A DNA stretch of 64,000 bases from an uncultured Verrucomicrobiae bacterium (lineage in GTDB: Bacteria > Verrucomicrobiota > Verrucomicrobiia > Chthoniobacterales > UBA10450): NCBI GenBank assembly GCA_963726745.1, contig CAVSDR010000003.1, forward strand, positions 576,001 through 640,000. The letters run 5' to 3'. The notes under the pieces were generated by a model. That model made no database searches, had not been told where the DNA came from, and saw only the letters and a list, made by a program, of their open reading frames with translations. Each line of letters starts with the position of its first letter. The stretch's first letter is position 1. This document shows, piece after piece, positions 19,347 through 29,909 of the stretch. A program made the translations under genes and the position numbers.

Positions 19347-20813
19347 ATGGCCAGTCCTACTCTCGACCTCCGCCGCTACGCGCTCGACGGATTTTTCGAC
19401 GAGATGTTCGCCGCCCCCGACCGGGTTCATCCGCACTACGAGCAGCTGCGCGAGCGCTTCGAACGCCTGACCGTGGCGGAGCTCGAGCGCCGCCGGCAGA
19501 TGGCCGACGCCTCTTTTCGGAATCAAGGCATCACTTTCACGGTCTATAACGATGATCGCGGGACCGAGCGCATCTTCCCGTTCGATCTCCTCCCGCGCAT
19601 CATCCCCGGGCACGAATGGCGCACGATCGAGCGCGGCCTGACCCAGCGGATTACCGCGCTCAATCTCTTCCTGCACGACATCTACCATGGGCAAAAGATC
19701 ATCCGCGATCGCGTGGTCCCGCGGGAGTTGATCGAGAGCGCGACCCATTTCCGACGCGAGTTCATCGGCTTCGATGTCCCGCGCAACATCTACATCCACG
19801 TTTGCGGCACCGACCTGGTGCGCGACGAGAGCGGCCAATATCTCGTGCTCGAGGACAACGCCCGCTGCCCCAGCGGTGTCTCCTATTTACTCGAGAATCG
19901 CCAGACGCTGAAGCGCGTCTTCCCTTCGCTCTTCAATGCCTACGGCGTGCGCCCGGTGGAGCAATATCCGCAAGAACTGCTCAACCTGCTCAAGTTCATC
20001 GCCCCGCACGCAAAGCCCAACCCCACGGTCGCCCTGCTCACGCCCGGGATTTACAACAGCGCCTACTTCGAACACTCCTTCCTCGCCCGGCAAATGGGGA
20101 TCGAGATCGTGGAAGGCGGCGACCTCGTGGTGCGCGACCAGCATGTCTACATGCGCACGACCAAGGGCCTGCACCTGGTCGACGTGATCTACCGGAGAAT
20201 AGACGACGACTTCCTCGACCCGACCGTTTTCCGAAAGGACTCCGGCCTCGGCGCTGCCGGCCTGGTCGACGCTTATCGCGCGGGCAACGTCTCGTTAGCC
20301 AACAGCATCGGCACCGGCGTGGCGGACGACAAGGTGGTCTACCATCTCGTTCCGCAGATCATCAAATATTACCTCGGCGAGGAGGCGATCCTGCCGAACG
20401 TCCCCACCTACCTGGCAAGCGACGCGCAGGATTTTGCCTACATCATGGAACACTTGCCGGAGCTGGTGGTGAAGGCGGCGAATGAATCCGGCGGCTACGG
20501 CATGCTCATCGGTCCGAAGGCGACCAAGGCCGAGATCGAAGATTTCCGCGACCTGATCCGGGCGAACCCGCGCAATTACATCGCCCAGCCCACGCTCGGC
20601 CTCTCGCGTTCGCCCTGCCTGGTCGATGGCGAACTCCAAGGCCGCCACGTCGACCTGCGGCCTTACGTGCTCTTCGGCGAGCGCGTCTCGATCACTCCCG
20701 GCGCGCTCACACGCGTCGCCCTAACGAAAGGTTCCCTGGTGGTAAACTCCAGCCAGGGCGGCGGAAGCAAGGACACCTGGATTTTGGACGAGGAGGAAAC
20801 GCCCGATGCTTAG
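19347..20813 (+). CDS. Circularly permuted type 2 ATP-grasp protein
   Basis: [61 protein letters not shown]. Confidence 0.92.
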   Translation: MASPTLDLRRYALDGFFDEMFAAPDRVHPHYEQLRERFERLTVAELERRRQMADASFRNQGITFTVYNDDRGTERIFPFDLLPRIIPGHEWRTIERGLTQRITALNLFLHDIYHGQKIIRDRVVPRELIESATHFRREFIGFDVPRNIYIHVCGTDLVRDESGQYLVLEDNARCPSGVSYLLENRQTLKRVFPSLFNAYGVRPVEQYPQELLNLLKFIAPHAKPNPTVALLTPGIYNSAYFEHSFLARQMGIEIVEGGDLVVRDQHVYMRTTKGLHLVDVIYRRIDDDFLDPTVFRKDSGLGAAGLVDAYRAGNVSLANSIGTGVADDKVVYHLVPQIIKYYLGEEAILPNVPTYLASDAQDFAYIMEHLPELVVKAANESGGYGMLIGPKATKAEIEDFRDLIRANPRNYIAQPTLGLSRSPCLVDGELQGRHVDLRPYVLFGERVSITPGALTRVALTKGSLVVNSSQGGGSKDTWILDEEETPDA

Positions 20814-21843
20814 CCGCGTCGCCGAGTGCCTCTACTGGATGAGCCGCTACGTCGAGCGCGCGGAAAACCTCGCGCGCATCGTCGAGGTCAACAGCCAGGT
20901 GATGCTCGACCTGCCCTACGACGATTCACAAAAGCTGGAGCACGATTGGTCGCCCGTGCTCGCCTCGCTGGGCGAAGACGACGACTACGCCACCACCGGG
21001 CGCGACCTCGGGCGAATGAGCGTGACCAATTACCTCGTCTTTGCGCGCGACAATTCGAACTCGATCATCAGCTGCCTCTCGGCCGCACGGGAAAACGCCC
21101 GCACCGTGCGCTCGGAAATATCCACCGAGATGTGGGAGCAAATTAACCGCGCCTACCTCTGGTTTACCTCCGATGAAGCGGGGGCGCTCTTCGGTCGCGA
21201 CCACTACGATTTCTTCCAGCGGCTCAAGGAAACGTCGCAGCTCTTCCAGGGCATCACCGATTCCTCGATGGTCCATGGCGAAGGCTGGGAATTCATCCAG
21301 CTCGGGAAACACATCGAGCGCGCCGACAAAACCTCCCGCGTGCTCGACGAGAAATATCACATCCTGCACAATGCCGAGGACGAGGAGCGCATGGAGACGA
21401 TGGAGTGGAGCGCGGTCCTGCGCAGCTGCAGCGCGCGCCAGGCTTACCAAAAAGTCTACGTGGCCAACGTGAAGGCCGAGTCCGTGACCGAGTTGCTCCT
21501 GCTCAACGCCAGCTTCCCGCGTTCGGTGCGCTATTGCATCGGCGAGATCGATCGCTCCCTGCGCGTCATTTCCGGGGTCAAGCAGCTCCACTTCACGAAC
21601 GCAGCCGAGAAGCTCACCGGCCAGTTACTCAGCGAGCTCTGCTTCAGCGAGATCGAGGATATCTACCAGCGCGGCCTCCATGGCGCGATCGACCGGATCC
21701 AGCTGCAGCTCAACCAAATCGGCGACGCCATTTTCCGCACCTACATCGATCCTGGCCTGGTCACCGAAAGCATCGTGCCGAGCACGATTCACCCCAGCGG
21801 CAGCAGCCAAAGCCAGGGGCAATGGCAGCGGCAAAGCGCCTAA
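20806..21843 (+). CDS. Alpha-E domain protein (DUF403)
   Basis: [38 protein letters not shown]. Confidence 0.92.
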   Translation: MLSRVAECLYWMSRYVERAENLARIVEVNSQVMLDLPYDDSQKLEHDWSPVLASLGEDDDYATTGRDLGRMSVTNYLVFARDNSNSIISCLSAARENARTVRSEISTEMWEQINRAYLWFTSDEAGALFGRDHYDFFQRLKETSQLFQGITDSSMVHGEGWEFIQLGKHIERADKTSRVLDEKYHILHNAEDEERMETMEWSAVLRSCSARQAYQKVYVANVKAESVTELLLLNASFPRSVRYCIGEIDRSLRVISGVKQLHFTNAAEKLTGQLLSELCFSEIEDIYQRGLHGAIDRIQLQLNQIGDAIFRTYIDPGLVTESIVPSTIHPSGSSQSQGQWQRQSA

Positions 21844-21864
21844 CGACACGAAAGAAAATCTCTC

Positions 21865-22668
21865 ATGCTGATCAAAGTCGGTTACGACATTAGTTACGAA
21901 GTCTGGGGCCGCACCCCCATGGTCTTGATGCTCTCGATCCATCCCTCGCTCGACCCGCTGGTGCGCCAGCCGGAGCAGCACCGGATCGAGCCGGAGATCC
22001 CGGTGGAATATTTTACCGACGGCTTCGGGAATCGCTGCGCGCGGATTGTCGCGCCGCCGGGAATCATCCGGCTGACCGGTGAAGCCGTGGTCGAGAACGA
22101 CGGCCTCCCCGACAAAGTCGTGCCCGATGCGATCCAGCATCCGGTGGAAGACTTGCCGGTCGAGACGCTGCAATTTCTCCTCCCCAGTCGCTACTGCGAG
22201 ATGGAGAAGTTGAACAACATCGCCTGGGACCTTTTCGGCGACACGCCACCGGGCTGGCCGCGCGTGCAGGCCATCGTGACCTGGGTGCACCAGCACATCA
22301 CCTTCGGCTATCACTGGGCCCGGGGCGACAAAACCGCGCTCGAAGTTTACCACGAAAAACAGGGCGTCTGCCGCGACTTCATGCATCTCGCGCTCACCTT
22401 TTGCCGGTGCATGAATATCCCCGCGCGCTACGCCACCGGTTACCTCGGCGACTTCGGCGTGCCCGTGACCGGGCCGATGGATTTCAGCGCCTGGTTCGAA
22501 GTTTATCTCGGCGGCCAATGGCACACCTTCGATGCGCGACACGACAAGCGCCGCATCGGCCGCGTGCTCATGGGCACCGGACGCGACGCGATCGACGTCG
22601 CCCTCACGACCACTTTCGGGAAGCACGCGCTGCGCAATTTCACCGTCATCTCCGATGACGTTTCATGA
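21865..22668 (+). CDS. Transglutaminase-like protein
   Basis: DGFGN, PSRYC, GVCRDFMH, ARYATGY, DFSAWFEV, TGRDA. Confidence 0.9.
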   Translation: MLIKVGYDISYEVWGRTPMVLMLSIHPSLDPLVRQPEQHRIEPEIPVEYFTDGFGNRCARIVAPPGIIRLTGEAVVENDGLPDKVVPDAIQHPVEDLPVETLQFLLPSRYCEMEKLNNIAWDLFGDTPPGWPRVQAIVTWVHQHITFGYHWARGDKTALEVYHEKQGVCRDFMHLALTFCRCMNIPARYATGYLGDFGVPVTGPMDFSAWFEVYLGGQWHTFDARHDKRRIGRVLMGTGRDAIDVALTTTFGKHALRNFTVISDDVS

Positions 22669-25145
22669 GCGACGCCGCGGTCACCGAGAAGCCTCCGCTG
22701 CCTGAGGGCGAGCTGACCGCAGCCCCGCCGGCGGCGCGCGCGGTCTATGAAAAATTAGCCGACGCCTTGAGCGAGCCCGTGGCGCGGCAGGTCAACGCCA
22801 AGGCCGAGCGCCTGATGCGCGACCTCGGGATCACCTACGACCAATATGGCGAGCAGGCCGGCGACGCGATCGTGCCCTTCGACAGTTTTCCGCGCGTCCT
22901 GGAAACGGCGGAATGGGACCGCCTGACCCGCGGCCTCTCGCAGCGGCTCACAATCTGGAACGCGTTTTTCCGCGACATCTACGACGGCCAGGAAGTGCTC
23001 AAGGCCGGCGTGATTCCCTTCGAGTTCGTCTACGGCGACCCGCATTACCTCCGTGGTTCCGTGGGCGTGAAAGTGCCGGCTAATATCTATGTGCACGTGG
23101 CTGCCTTCGACCTCGCGCGCGACGCTCGCGGCGGCTGGACGGTGATCGACGATTACGTCTCGCGGCCGATGGGCGCGAGCTACGCGCTCCAGGCGCGGGC
23201 CGTTCTCAGCCAGGCGCGCCCGGAGCTTTTCACGCTCGCCGAGGTCGCCTCGGTCAGTGGCTACCCGGCGGAGTTGCTCGCGCTGCTCCGCGGCTGCGCG
23301 CAATCCGGCTCCTCCGAGCCGCGGGTGGTCGCGCTCACCTCGCGCGATGAATCGCATGCCTATTACGAGGACAGTTTTCTCGCGCGGCAAATGGGCATCC
23401 CGCTGGTCGTCGGGAGCGATCTCGTGGTTCTCTACGGGCGCGTTTATTACAAAACCATCGAAGGCCTCGAGCCGATCGATGTGATCTACCGGCGCACCGG
23501 CGACTCCGGGATTGATCCGGTGGCGCACGACAACACCAGCGGCGGCATTCCCGGTCTGATGTCTTGCGTGCGCAAGGGCACCGTCGCAATCGCGAACGCC
23601 ATCGGCACCGGCCTGGGCGACAACCGCGCGCTTGCCGCTTATCTCCCGCGGCTCGCGCGTTTCTATCTCAACCAACCGCTCGAGCTGCCGGTGATCCCGC
23701 GCCTGCTCTGCATCGATCCCGATCAATGCCAGGAAGTGCTGGATGATTTACGCAGCTACTTCATCGCCACGGTCGCGACCGGCCCGGGCCAGCGCGTCTG
23801 GCGCACGGCCGAGATGAGCGACGAGGAAATTGCCACTCTGCACACCGAAATTGCCAGCCATCCCGCGCGCTTCGTGGCCGAGGCGCACGCGCCCGCCAAC
23901 ACCATGCCGACGGCCAACGGCGGCCTGCGCCACGCCGGGCTGCGCGTTTTTACCCTCGGCGGCCGCGCGCTCCCGGAGCATCCATGTGCTCTCACCCGCG
24001 TGGCCGCGGACCCGGATTCGCGCGTCATCTCCACCGGGTTTGGCGGCGGGATCAAGGACACCTGGATCTTGCGCGGCGCGCAACCGGAGAGCCTGCCGGC
24101 TAACGAGTCGTTCTCCATTCAGGGCCGGCGGCTCAGCTTAGGCAGCCGCACGGCGGAAAGTCTCTATTGGATGGGGCGCTACGCCGAGCGCGCGGAAAAC
24201 ACTACCCGCATCGTCAAGGTGCTGCAGACCATCCGCGCGCAAGGCCACGCCCTGGGCGACGACCACAGCTGGAACCCGCTCTGGGAAGCGCTCGCCCGCG
24301 CCACCGGGCACGTGAGTAATTTCTTCAAAAAGTCAGCCGCGAAACAGCGCAGCGTCACCTCTTACCTGCTGCTCGACCGGAGCAATAAAACTTCCGTCAT
24401 CGGCTGCATCGAGCATTGCCGGGCCAATGCCTTGACCACCCGCGAATCGGTCGCGCCGGAAGTCTGGCTCGCGCTCAACCGCACCCGCTCGCTCCTGGTC
24501 GAGCGGCTTGCCCGCCCGGAAGAATCGGCCGACGCGGCCGCGCTCGAAAGCGCCATCGTCCTGGAGGATTCGATCCTCAACCAACTCAACGCCGTCTCCG
24601 GCGCGGTCCAGAAGCACATGCTGCGCGACAACGCCTGGCAGTTTTGGAATCTTGGGGTGCACCTCGAGCGCGCGGTCACGGTCGTGCTCGTGATGCGGCA
24701 GGTCTTCCTCAAGCGCCAAAACGAAGCCCTCCCCGCGCAGCAAATAGACAGCAACCTGGAGGCGCTCCTGCGGATGCTTTCGTCGCTCTACGCCTATCGC
24801 AGTCGCTTCCAGACGCGCCCGACCCTGCGCAATGTCGCGACCATGCTCCTGCAGGATGTACAAGTGCCGTACTCGCTCTTCTTTTGCGTCGAGCGCATCG
24901 ACGCCACGCTCGGCGCGGTTTTCCACGGCTCGACCTCGGACGCAACCAGCCCGGCGCGGCTGGCGGAGCAGTTAAAGTTCGACGCCAAATTTCTCGAGGT
25001 GGATCGCTTCTTCGAGGCCGATGCCAAAGGCGAGCGCGCCGACCTCGGGCGGGTGCTCGAGAGTTTCGAGGATCGCCTGGGCACGCTTTCCACCGCGATC
25101 TCCGATCACTATCTCTACCACCAGGCGATCAATATCCTGCGCTAG
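22665..25145 (+). CDS. Circularly permuted ATP-grasp / alpha-E fusion protein
   Basis: N-terminal CP-ATP-grasp (DVIYRR, GGGIKDTW) fused to alpha-E (SRTAESLYWMGRYAERAEN, HLERA). Confidence 0.9.
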   Translation: MSDAAVTEKPPLPEGELTAAPPAARAVYEKLADALSEPVARQVNAKAERLMRDLGITYDQYGEQAGDAIVPFDSFPRVLETAEWDRLTRGLSQRLTIWNAFFRDIYDGQEVLKAGVIPFEFVYGDPHYLRGSVGVKVPANIYVHVAAFDLARDARGGWTVIDDYVSRPMGASYALQARAVLSQARPELFTLAEVASVSGYPAELLALLRGCAQSGSSEPRVVALTSRDESHAYYEDSFLARQMGIPLVVGSDLVVLYGRVYYKTIEGLEPIDVIYRRTGDSGIDPVAHDNTSGGIPGLMSCVRKGTVAIANAIGTGLGDNRALAAYLPRLARFYLNQPLELPVIPRLLCIDPDQCQEVLDDLRSYFIATVATGPGQRVWRTAEMSDEEIATLHTEIASHPARFVAEAHAPANTMPTANGGLRHAGLRVFTLGGRALPEHPCALTRVAADPDSRVISTGFGGGIKDTWILRGAQPESLPANESFSIQGRRLSLGSRTAESLYWMGRYAERAENTTRIVKVLQTIRAQGHALGDDHSWNPLWEALARATGHVSNFFKKSAAKQRSVTSYLLLDRSNKTSVIGCIEHCRANALTTRESVAPEVWLALNRTRSLLVERLARPEESADAAALESAIVLEDSILNQLNAVSGAVQKHMLRDNAWQFWNLGVHLERAVTVVLVMRQVFLKRQNEALPAQQIDSNLEALLRMLSSLYAYRSRFQTRPTLRNVATMLLQDVQVPYSLFFCVERIDATLGAVFHGSTSDATSPARLAEQLKFDAKFLEVDRFFEADAKGERADLGRVLESFEDRLGTLSTAISDHYLYHQAINILR

Positions 25146-25153
25146 AACCTGCC

Positions 25154-26044
25154 GTGTATTTCCACATCGAACACACCACCGAGTACACCTACCCGGAGGC
25201 GGCCACGGAAGCATTCAGCGAGTTGCGCCTGCGCCCGCGCGAGTCCGGCCGGCAATTCGTGACCGAGCACAGCACCTTCATCCAGCCGCAGGTGCCGGTG
25301 GAATCGTACGTCGATTACTTCGGCAACTACGTGGAGACGATCTCGATTCCCTTCCGCCACACGAACCTGCTCGTGCGCTCCGTCTCCGCGGTCGAGACCC
25401 GCGAACAGGTCGACGCGCTCAGCGGCGTGGATCTGTCGATCAGCGAAGCGCGCCAGCTTTACCACCCGCTTCGGCGCGAGCTTTTCGATTTTCTCCAGCC
25501 GTCCCACTTCATCTCCTTCACCACCGAGATCGAGGAAATGGCGCGCGAACTCCTTCCGCCGGGCGCGCCGTTTGCCCAGAGCTTGCAGGATTTAAACAAC
25601 TACATCTTCGAGAACTTTCGCTACGAGCCGGGCGTAACCACTGCGCGCACCACGGTGGCGGAGTTCTTCGAGCACCAACGCGGCGTTTGCCAGGATTTCG
25701 CGCATCTCATGATCAGCGTTTGCCGCTGCGCGGGCTTGCCGGCGCGCTACGTGAGCGGCTATGTCGAAAGCGATCTGCCCTCGGAAAATGGCGAGCCCCC
25801 ACCAGACGCGGCCTTGATCGGGAGCGCCGCGAGCCACGCCTGGGTCGAGGTCTTTTCGCCGAACAATCACTGGGTCGGGATGGACCCGACGAACAACGTT
25901 CTCGAGGGCGAGCGCCACATCCAGATCGGACTCGGGCGCGACTATCACGACGTCCCGCCGCTCTCGGGCGTCTTCAAGGGCCGCAAGCACCAGATCCTGA
26001 AGGTGGGCGTGCGCGTCTTGCGCACCCAGGTGCTGCCGGAATAG
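25154..26044 (+). CDS. Transglutaminase family protein (with N-terminal bacterial transglutaminase domain)
   Basis: IEHTTEYTY, DYFGN, GVCQDFAH, ARYVSGY, ASHAWVEV, DPTN, GRDY-DVPP. Confidence 0.92.
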   Translation: MYFHIEHTTEYTYPEAATEAFSELRLRPRESGRQFVTEHSTFIQPQVPVESYVDYFGNYVETISIPFRHTNLLVRSVSAVETREQVDALSGVDLSISEARQLYHPLRRELFDFLQPSHFISFTTEIEEMARELLPPGAPFAQSLQDLNNYIFENFRYEPGVTTARTTVAEFFEHQRGVCQDFAHLMISVCRCAGLPARYVSGYVESDLPSENGEPPPDAALIGSAASHAWVEVFSPNNHWVGMDPTNNVLEGERHIQIGLGRDYHDVPPLSGVFKGRKHQILKVGVRVLRTQVLPE

Positions 26045-26075
26045 CCGGCAGGATCATTGCTGCGCCTAACGAGTG

Positions 26076-26834
26076 CTAAGACTTGGGCGGGGCCGCGGCG
26101 CCGGCAGCCGGAGCCGGCTCAGCCGCGGCGCCACCAGGCAGCATCGCGTCCGCGGGAATCGCGTTCAGCGTGTCCGCATGCAAGGTGGCGTCCTGGCCGG
26201 CCATCTCCTTGCGCAACGCGCCGATGCTTTCCTTCGCGACCGCATCCGCCTTGTTGCTCCAGGCGCTGCGGATGTAGGTGAGCACGTCGGCTATTTTCTG
26301 GTCGTTGAGCGTTTTCTCCCACGCCTGCATGACCGCCGAGCCGTAGGGCTGGCCTTTGACCACGATCGGACCTTCAAGGCCCTTAAGCAGAATCATGCCC
26401 AAGCGACGCGTCCCCCCGGTCACGTATTCCGAACCGTCGAGCGGCGGATATTGTCCGGCAATGCCGAGGCCATTCGCCTGGTGGCAGGTGGCGCAGTTGG
26501 CCATGAAAACTTTCTTGCCGCGATCTGCAGGCGACAACTCCGCTGCCGCGCCGCCGCCCGCGCCTCCGCCGGCCGCGATCTTGGCCTGCGGAGCGTTGCC
26601 GAAATCCAAACTGCTGCCGCTAAACCCGCCGGAGAACCGGCCGAGGTAGGCGCCGCCAAAAAAGACCGCGAGCCCATAAATGCCGATGAGCCAGATGGAG
26701 AGCGGTTCGAGGCCGACGCGCGGCTCGGTCTTCTCCCGTTGGATCGCGGCGTGCACCTGCTGCACGTCTTCGGTTTCGCCGTAGTCCATTCCCTGGCGGC
26801 GAAGTTCTTCGGGTGATGGAGTGCGCTCGTTCAT
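26076..26834 (-). CDS. Membrane-anchored monoheme cytochrome c
   Basis: TM helix, CATCH, YPPLDGS, axial Met in VMQAW, TYIRSAWSN. Confidence 0.9.
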   Translation of the reverse strand: MNERTPSPEELRRQGMDYGETEDVQQVHAAIQREKTEPRVGLEPLSIWLIGIYGLAVFFGGAYLGRFSGGFSGSSLDFGNAPQAKIAAGGGAGGGAAAELSPADRGKKVFMANCATCHQANGLGIAGQYPPLDGSEYVTGGTRRLGMILLKGLEGPIVVKGQPYGSAVMQAWEKTLNDQKIADVLTYIRSAWSNKADAVAKESIGALRKEMAGQDATLHADTLNAIPADAMLPGGAAAEPAPAAGAAAPPKS

Positions 26835-27701
26835 TTGGCAGCGGCGGGTGCGGCGGCGGCGGCAGGAGCAGCCGGGCCGGCTTTTACTTCCGCGAGCGGA
26901 TGAGTCTGATCAAGGGACATGAGGTAGGCGACAAGGCACTGCGCGTCGTATGTGGGTACGATCTCAAATTCCTCGGGCGCGTTGCCACTCGTTAGGCCAA
27001 GGGCGTTATGATCGCGCTGCCCGCTGATGCGGCGCTTCTCGTAGAGGAAGCGATACGACGGCATGTTCGAATCCTCCACCAGGCTGCGCGGGTTGTAGAG
27101 ATGGCGATGGTGCCAGGCCGCGGAGTAAGCCGCGGGCGTGCCGTCCTTGGCGATGACCGGGGCAGGCTCAGGCGCCGCAGGAGCCACCGCAGGGGAGGCC
27201 ACGGGAACCGCAGGAGCGGCAGCAACCGCGGGGGCCGTCGCCGCACCAGGTGCCGGTGCCGGCGCACCCGGAGCCGGAGCGGCGGGAGCAGCACCCGGAG
27301 CGGAGCGGAGCCGGAGCGGCAGCGGCCTCGGCTTCCAAGGGCGCGCGCTTGCCGACGTTCGAAAGATCGGGACCCATGCGGGCTTTCCCGAGTAAGACCG
27401 GCTGATCGAAAATGTAATCCCGCGGAGCGCTCCGACGTTCGCCCCACTTCCGCTCGATGTCGGAGGCGATGTAATCCGGACGAACTTGCTGGCTATGGCA
27501 GTAGAAGCAGCCATTTGCCACGTAGACCTGGCGGCCGCGCTCGGCCATGCCGGACTTCGGCATCGGGTAAATGTCGGTGCCCTCCTCGTCCATCTGCGGA
27601 TTGAGGTTCCCGATCTGCGCGTTCGGAATAAGGATCAGGCCAGTCCACGAAAAGAGGAACGTGCCGAAGATGCCGAAGAAGAGTGGTGCGAAACCTTTCA
27701 T
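26831..27701 (-). CDS. CcoO/FixO-like cytochrome c subunit; frameshift near 27295-27320, probably a sequencing error
   Basis: GRQVYVANGCFYCHSQQVRP and RMGPDLSNVG in one frame; WHHRHLYNPR..SNMPSY..LVAYLMSL in the next frame after an Ala/Pro linker. Confidence 0.82.
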
Positions 27702-29200
27702 ACGGTGACCGTCGCCGCCTCCTCTTCCACGGGGTTCAAAAATGTGGGCACACTCGAAGTGCGGCCGAGACCGAAGAGCATCATGCCGTAGTGGAAGGCA
27801 AAAACGCAGTGACCCACCGTAAGCAGGATGGCCGCGAGGCTGCGGCCGCGAAGATACGGCAGGATGGTCTGGATACTTTCGGTAAAGGCAAGCGCCGGGT
27901 CTTGCATGTTCAAGCCTTGCACGAAGCCGCCCACAAGGAGCAGCAGCACCGTTAGCATGATGCCGTAGGCGCAGGCCCAGAAGTGGAGCTTGATCAACGA
28001 AGCGTAACGCCATTCACGCCCGACCAGCCGCGGCACGATGTAATACATCGAGCCAAACATCGTCATGGTGAAGAAAGCGTAGAGGCCGAGCTGCGTGTAA
28101 CCGTCGCTCGCTTCCGAGAAATTCACGATCGCCGCCATCGAACGCAGCGAAATGATCACGCCGACCAGGCTGAAAACGGTGTAGGAAATGGCGCCAAAAA
28201 CCGTGAAGCGCAGCGTGGGGCTGTAGCGCATGAGCGGGAAATATCCGCGCATGGTCATGTGGTGATTCAAGCCCACGGTCGCCACCGGGATGATCGTCAA
28301 AATCGTGGCCGCAATGCTGGCCGTGATCATCCACGCGGGGAACGGTCCGTCGATCAACCGCTGCATACCGGTCCAGCTGGCAAAGAGCGCATAAGTCCAG
28401 AAGCCAATGGCTGCGAGATGGTAGCTGTAAACCGGACGGCCAATGACCTTCGGGATCATGTAATAAGCCGTGCCCAGCCCGATCGAGCCGAGGAAGAGGA
28501 ACAAGAAGTTGTTGGCAAACCACCAGTTCACCGCCGCCTGCATCACGCCCTGCACCGGGGCGACGAAGAGCATGATCTCAGTCGCGCCGTAGAACCACGG
28601 AAACCAAAGGAACGCGCCCAGCAGATACCATTGCGTGATGTAAATGTTTACTCCGCGCCGGAAGCGGAACATGAGCACCGCCCACGAGACAACCAAGGTG
28701 TAAGCCACGAAAAGAATCAGCCCGGCATAAGGCGGAAACTCGAGCCACTGATAGCCGGTGCTGTGGCCGGCCAAAATGCTGCCTATTCCGATGAGCACCC
28801 CGACGTTCCAGAAAGCCGCCCCCGCCACCAGCAAGAGCGGATGCCGCAAAGTCGTGCGGCAAAGGCGCGCCATCAGCCAGATGGCCGTACCCATGCCGAC
28901 CATCGCCGCCCAGCCATACAGCATGACGTCGACCTGCGCGGGCCGCAGACGGCCCCAGCTAAGGAAGCTGATTCCGCCGAGCAAATTCGGCATGTGCAGG
29001 CCGAAAGAAGTGAGCAGGGAAAGCAAGGTGCCCAGGAGCAACCAAACCATCGCCGAAGAGTAAAACATCAGCACCGGCACGCGCGTGGAAGCGTCGATGA
29101 GCGCACGTTCCACCTGCTCGACATCGCCACGCGTCACTTGCGCGTCCGGCGTCGGAACGGTGCTGCCTGGAGCTTTCAACGGGATCTCAGCGGGAGTCAT
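27698..29200 (-). CDS. CcoN-like (cbb3 subunit I homologue) lacking heme/CuB His ligands
   Basis: GRLRP, IYITQWY, WWFANN, YYMIPK..RPVYSYHL, PTLRF, YYIVPR and LHFW align to CcoN, but the ligand histidines are replaced. Confidence 0.85.
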   Translation of the reverse strand: MTPAEIPLKAPGSTVPTPDAQVTRGDVEQVERALIDASTRVPVLMFYSSAMVWLLLGTLLSLLTSFGLHMPNLLGGISFLSWGRLRPAQVDVMLYGWAAMVGMGTAIWLMARLCRTTLRHPLLLVAGAAFWNVGVLIGIGSILAGHSTGYQWLEFPPYAGLILFVAYTLVVSWAVLMFRFRRGVNIYITQWYLLGAFLWFPWFYGATEIMLFVAPVQGVMQAAVNWWFANNFLFLFLGSIGLGTAYYMIPKVIGRPVYSYHLAAIGFWTYALFASWTGMQRLIDGPFPAWMITASIAATILTIIPVATVGLNHHMTMRGYFPLMRYSPTLRFTVFGAISYTVFSLVGVIISLRSMAAIVNFSEASDGYTQLGLYAFFTMTMFGSMYYIVPRLVGREWRYASLIKLHFWACAYGIMLTVLLLLVGGFVQGLNMQDPALAFTESIQTILPYLRGRSLAAILLTVGHCVFAFHYGMMLFGLGRTSSVPTFLNPVEEEAATVTV

Positions 29201-29217
29201 CGTGCAGAAATTTTTGG

Positions 29218-29907
29218 CTAGGGTCGCGGGGTGGCTCCTCGCACCGGGATCGGAGTTCCAGCGGGGACCTGCACTGGCGTCGGCCCAGGCGTGCTTTCAT
29301 TGAAGCGGAAAAGTTCGGTGCGCGAATCCGGCCCGGCGGCGGGGGTGGAAGACGGTCCCGGCTGAGTGCCGGCAGGCGCTCCCGGAGGCTGAGCCTCGGC
29401 GTTCGATTGGCCTTCCATCTCAGAGTCTTTCCCGGCTTTCGCGGTGTGCGGGGTAGCGCTCGGGGATGCGGAAGCGGCCGGAGCCGGCGCGGGCACTGCG
29501 GGAGCCGCAGCCTGCGGGCCCGGCTGCGGCGCGGCGGCGTCAGAAGTGGACGGAGCGGCCGCGGCGGGAGCGGGCGCGGCAATCGGGCCGGCCGGCGCGG
29601 GCTTGCGCTGCGCGAGATCGGCCACCGTCAATTCCATCGCGCGATGAATCGGGATTCGTGCCGTGCCCTTGGCCTGGTCGACCCAGGCATAGTCGTGCAG
29701 CTGCGGATTCACTTCCTGATGGAGTTTATCGAGTTTCTCCTGCCGGGCCTGGGCGCGCTTTTCTTCGTAGTTGGTCGTGCGCGGCATCGCGCCGATGACC
29801 ACCCAGACGAACAATCCGAAAACCAGAAAGAGCAGGACGACGCCCAGCCAGGTTCCGAAGGTGGAACGCGGTTGCTCAAAGCGCAGTGATGTCTCGGGTT
29901 GGGCCAC
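29218..29907 (-). CDS. ActG-like single-TM subunit with a Pro/Ala-rich tail
   Basis: TM helix, then YAWVDQAKGTARIPIHRAMEL as seen in ACIII-associated ActG-type proteins; directly after actF. Confidence 0.6.
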   Translation of the reverse strand: MAQPETSLRFEQPRSTFGTWLGVVLLFLVFGLFVWVVIGAMPRTTNYEEKRAQARQEKLDKLHQEVNPQLHDYAWVDQAKGTARIPIHRAMELTVADLAQRKPAPAGPIAAPAPAAAAPSTSDAAAPQPGPQAAAPAVPAPAPAASASPSATPHTAKAGKDSEMEGQSNAEAQPPGAPAGTQPGPSSTPAAGPDSRTELFRFNESTPGPTPVQVPAGTPIPVRGATPRP

Positions 29908-29909
29908 GG

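Noticed and set aside
27170..27330. DNA repeat element in the GCC/CCG-rich tracts (also 29460-29600)
   Set aside because: These encode Ala/Pro linkers within proteins.
27698..29200. Functional cbb3 oxidase or NO reductase catalytic subunit
   Set aside because: All heme and CuB/FeB His ligand positions are substituted.
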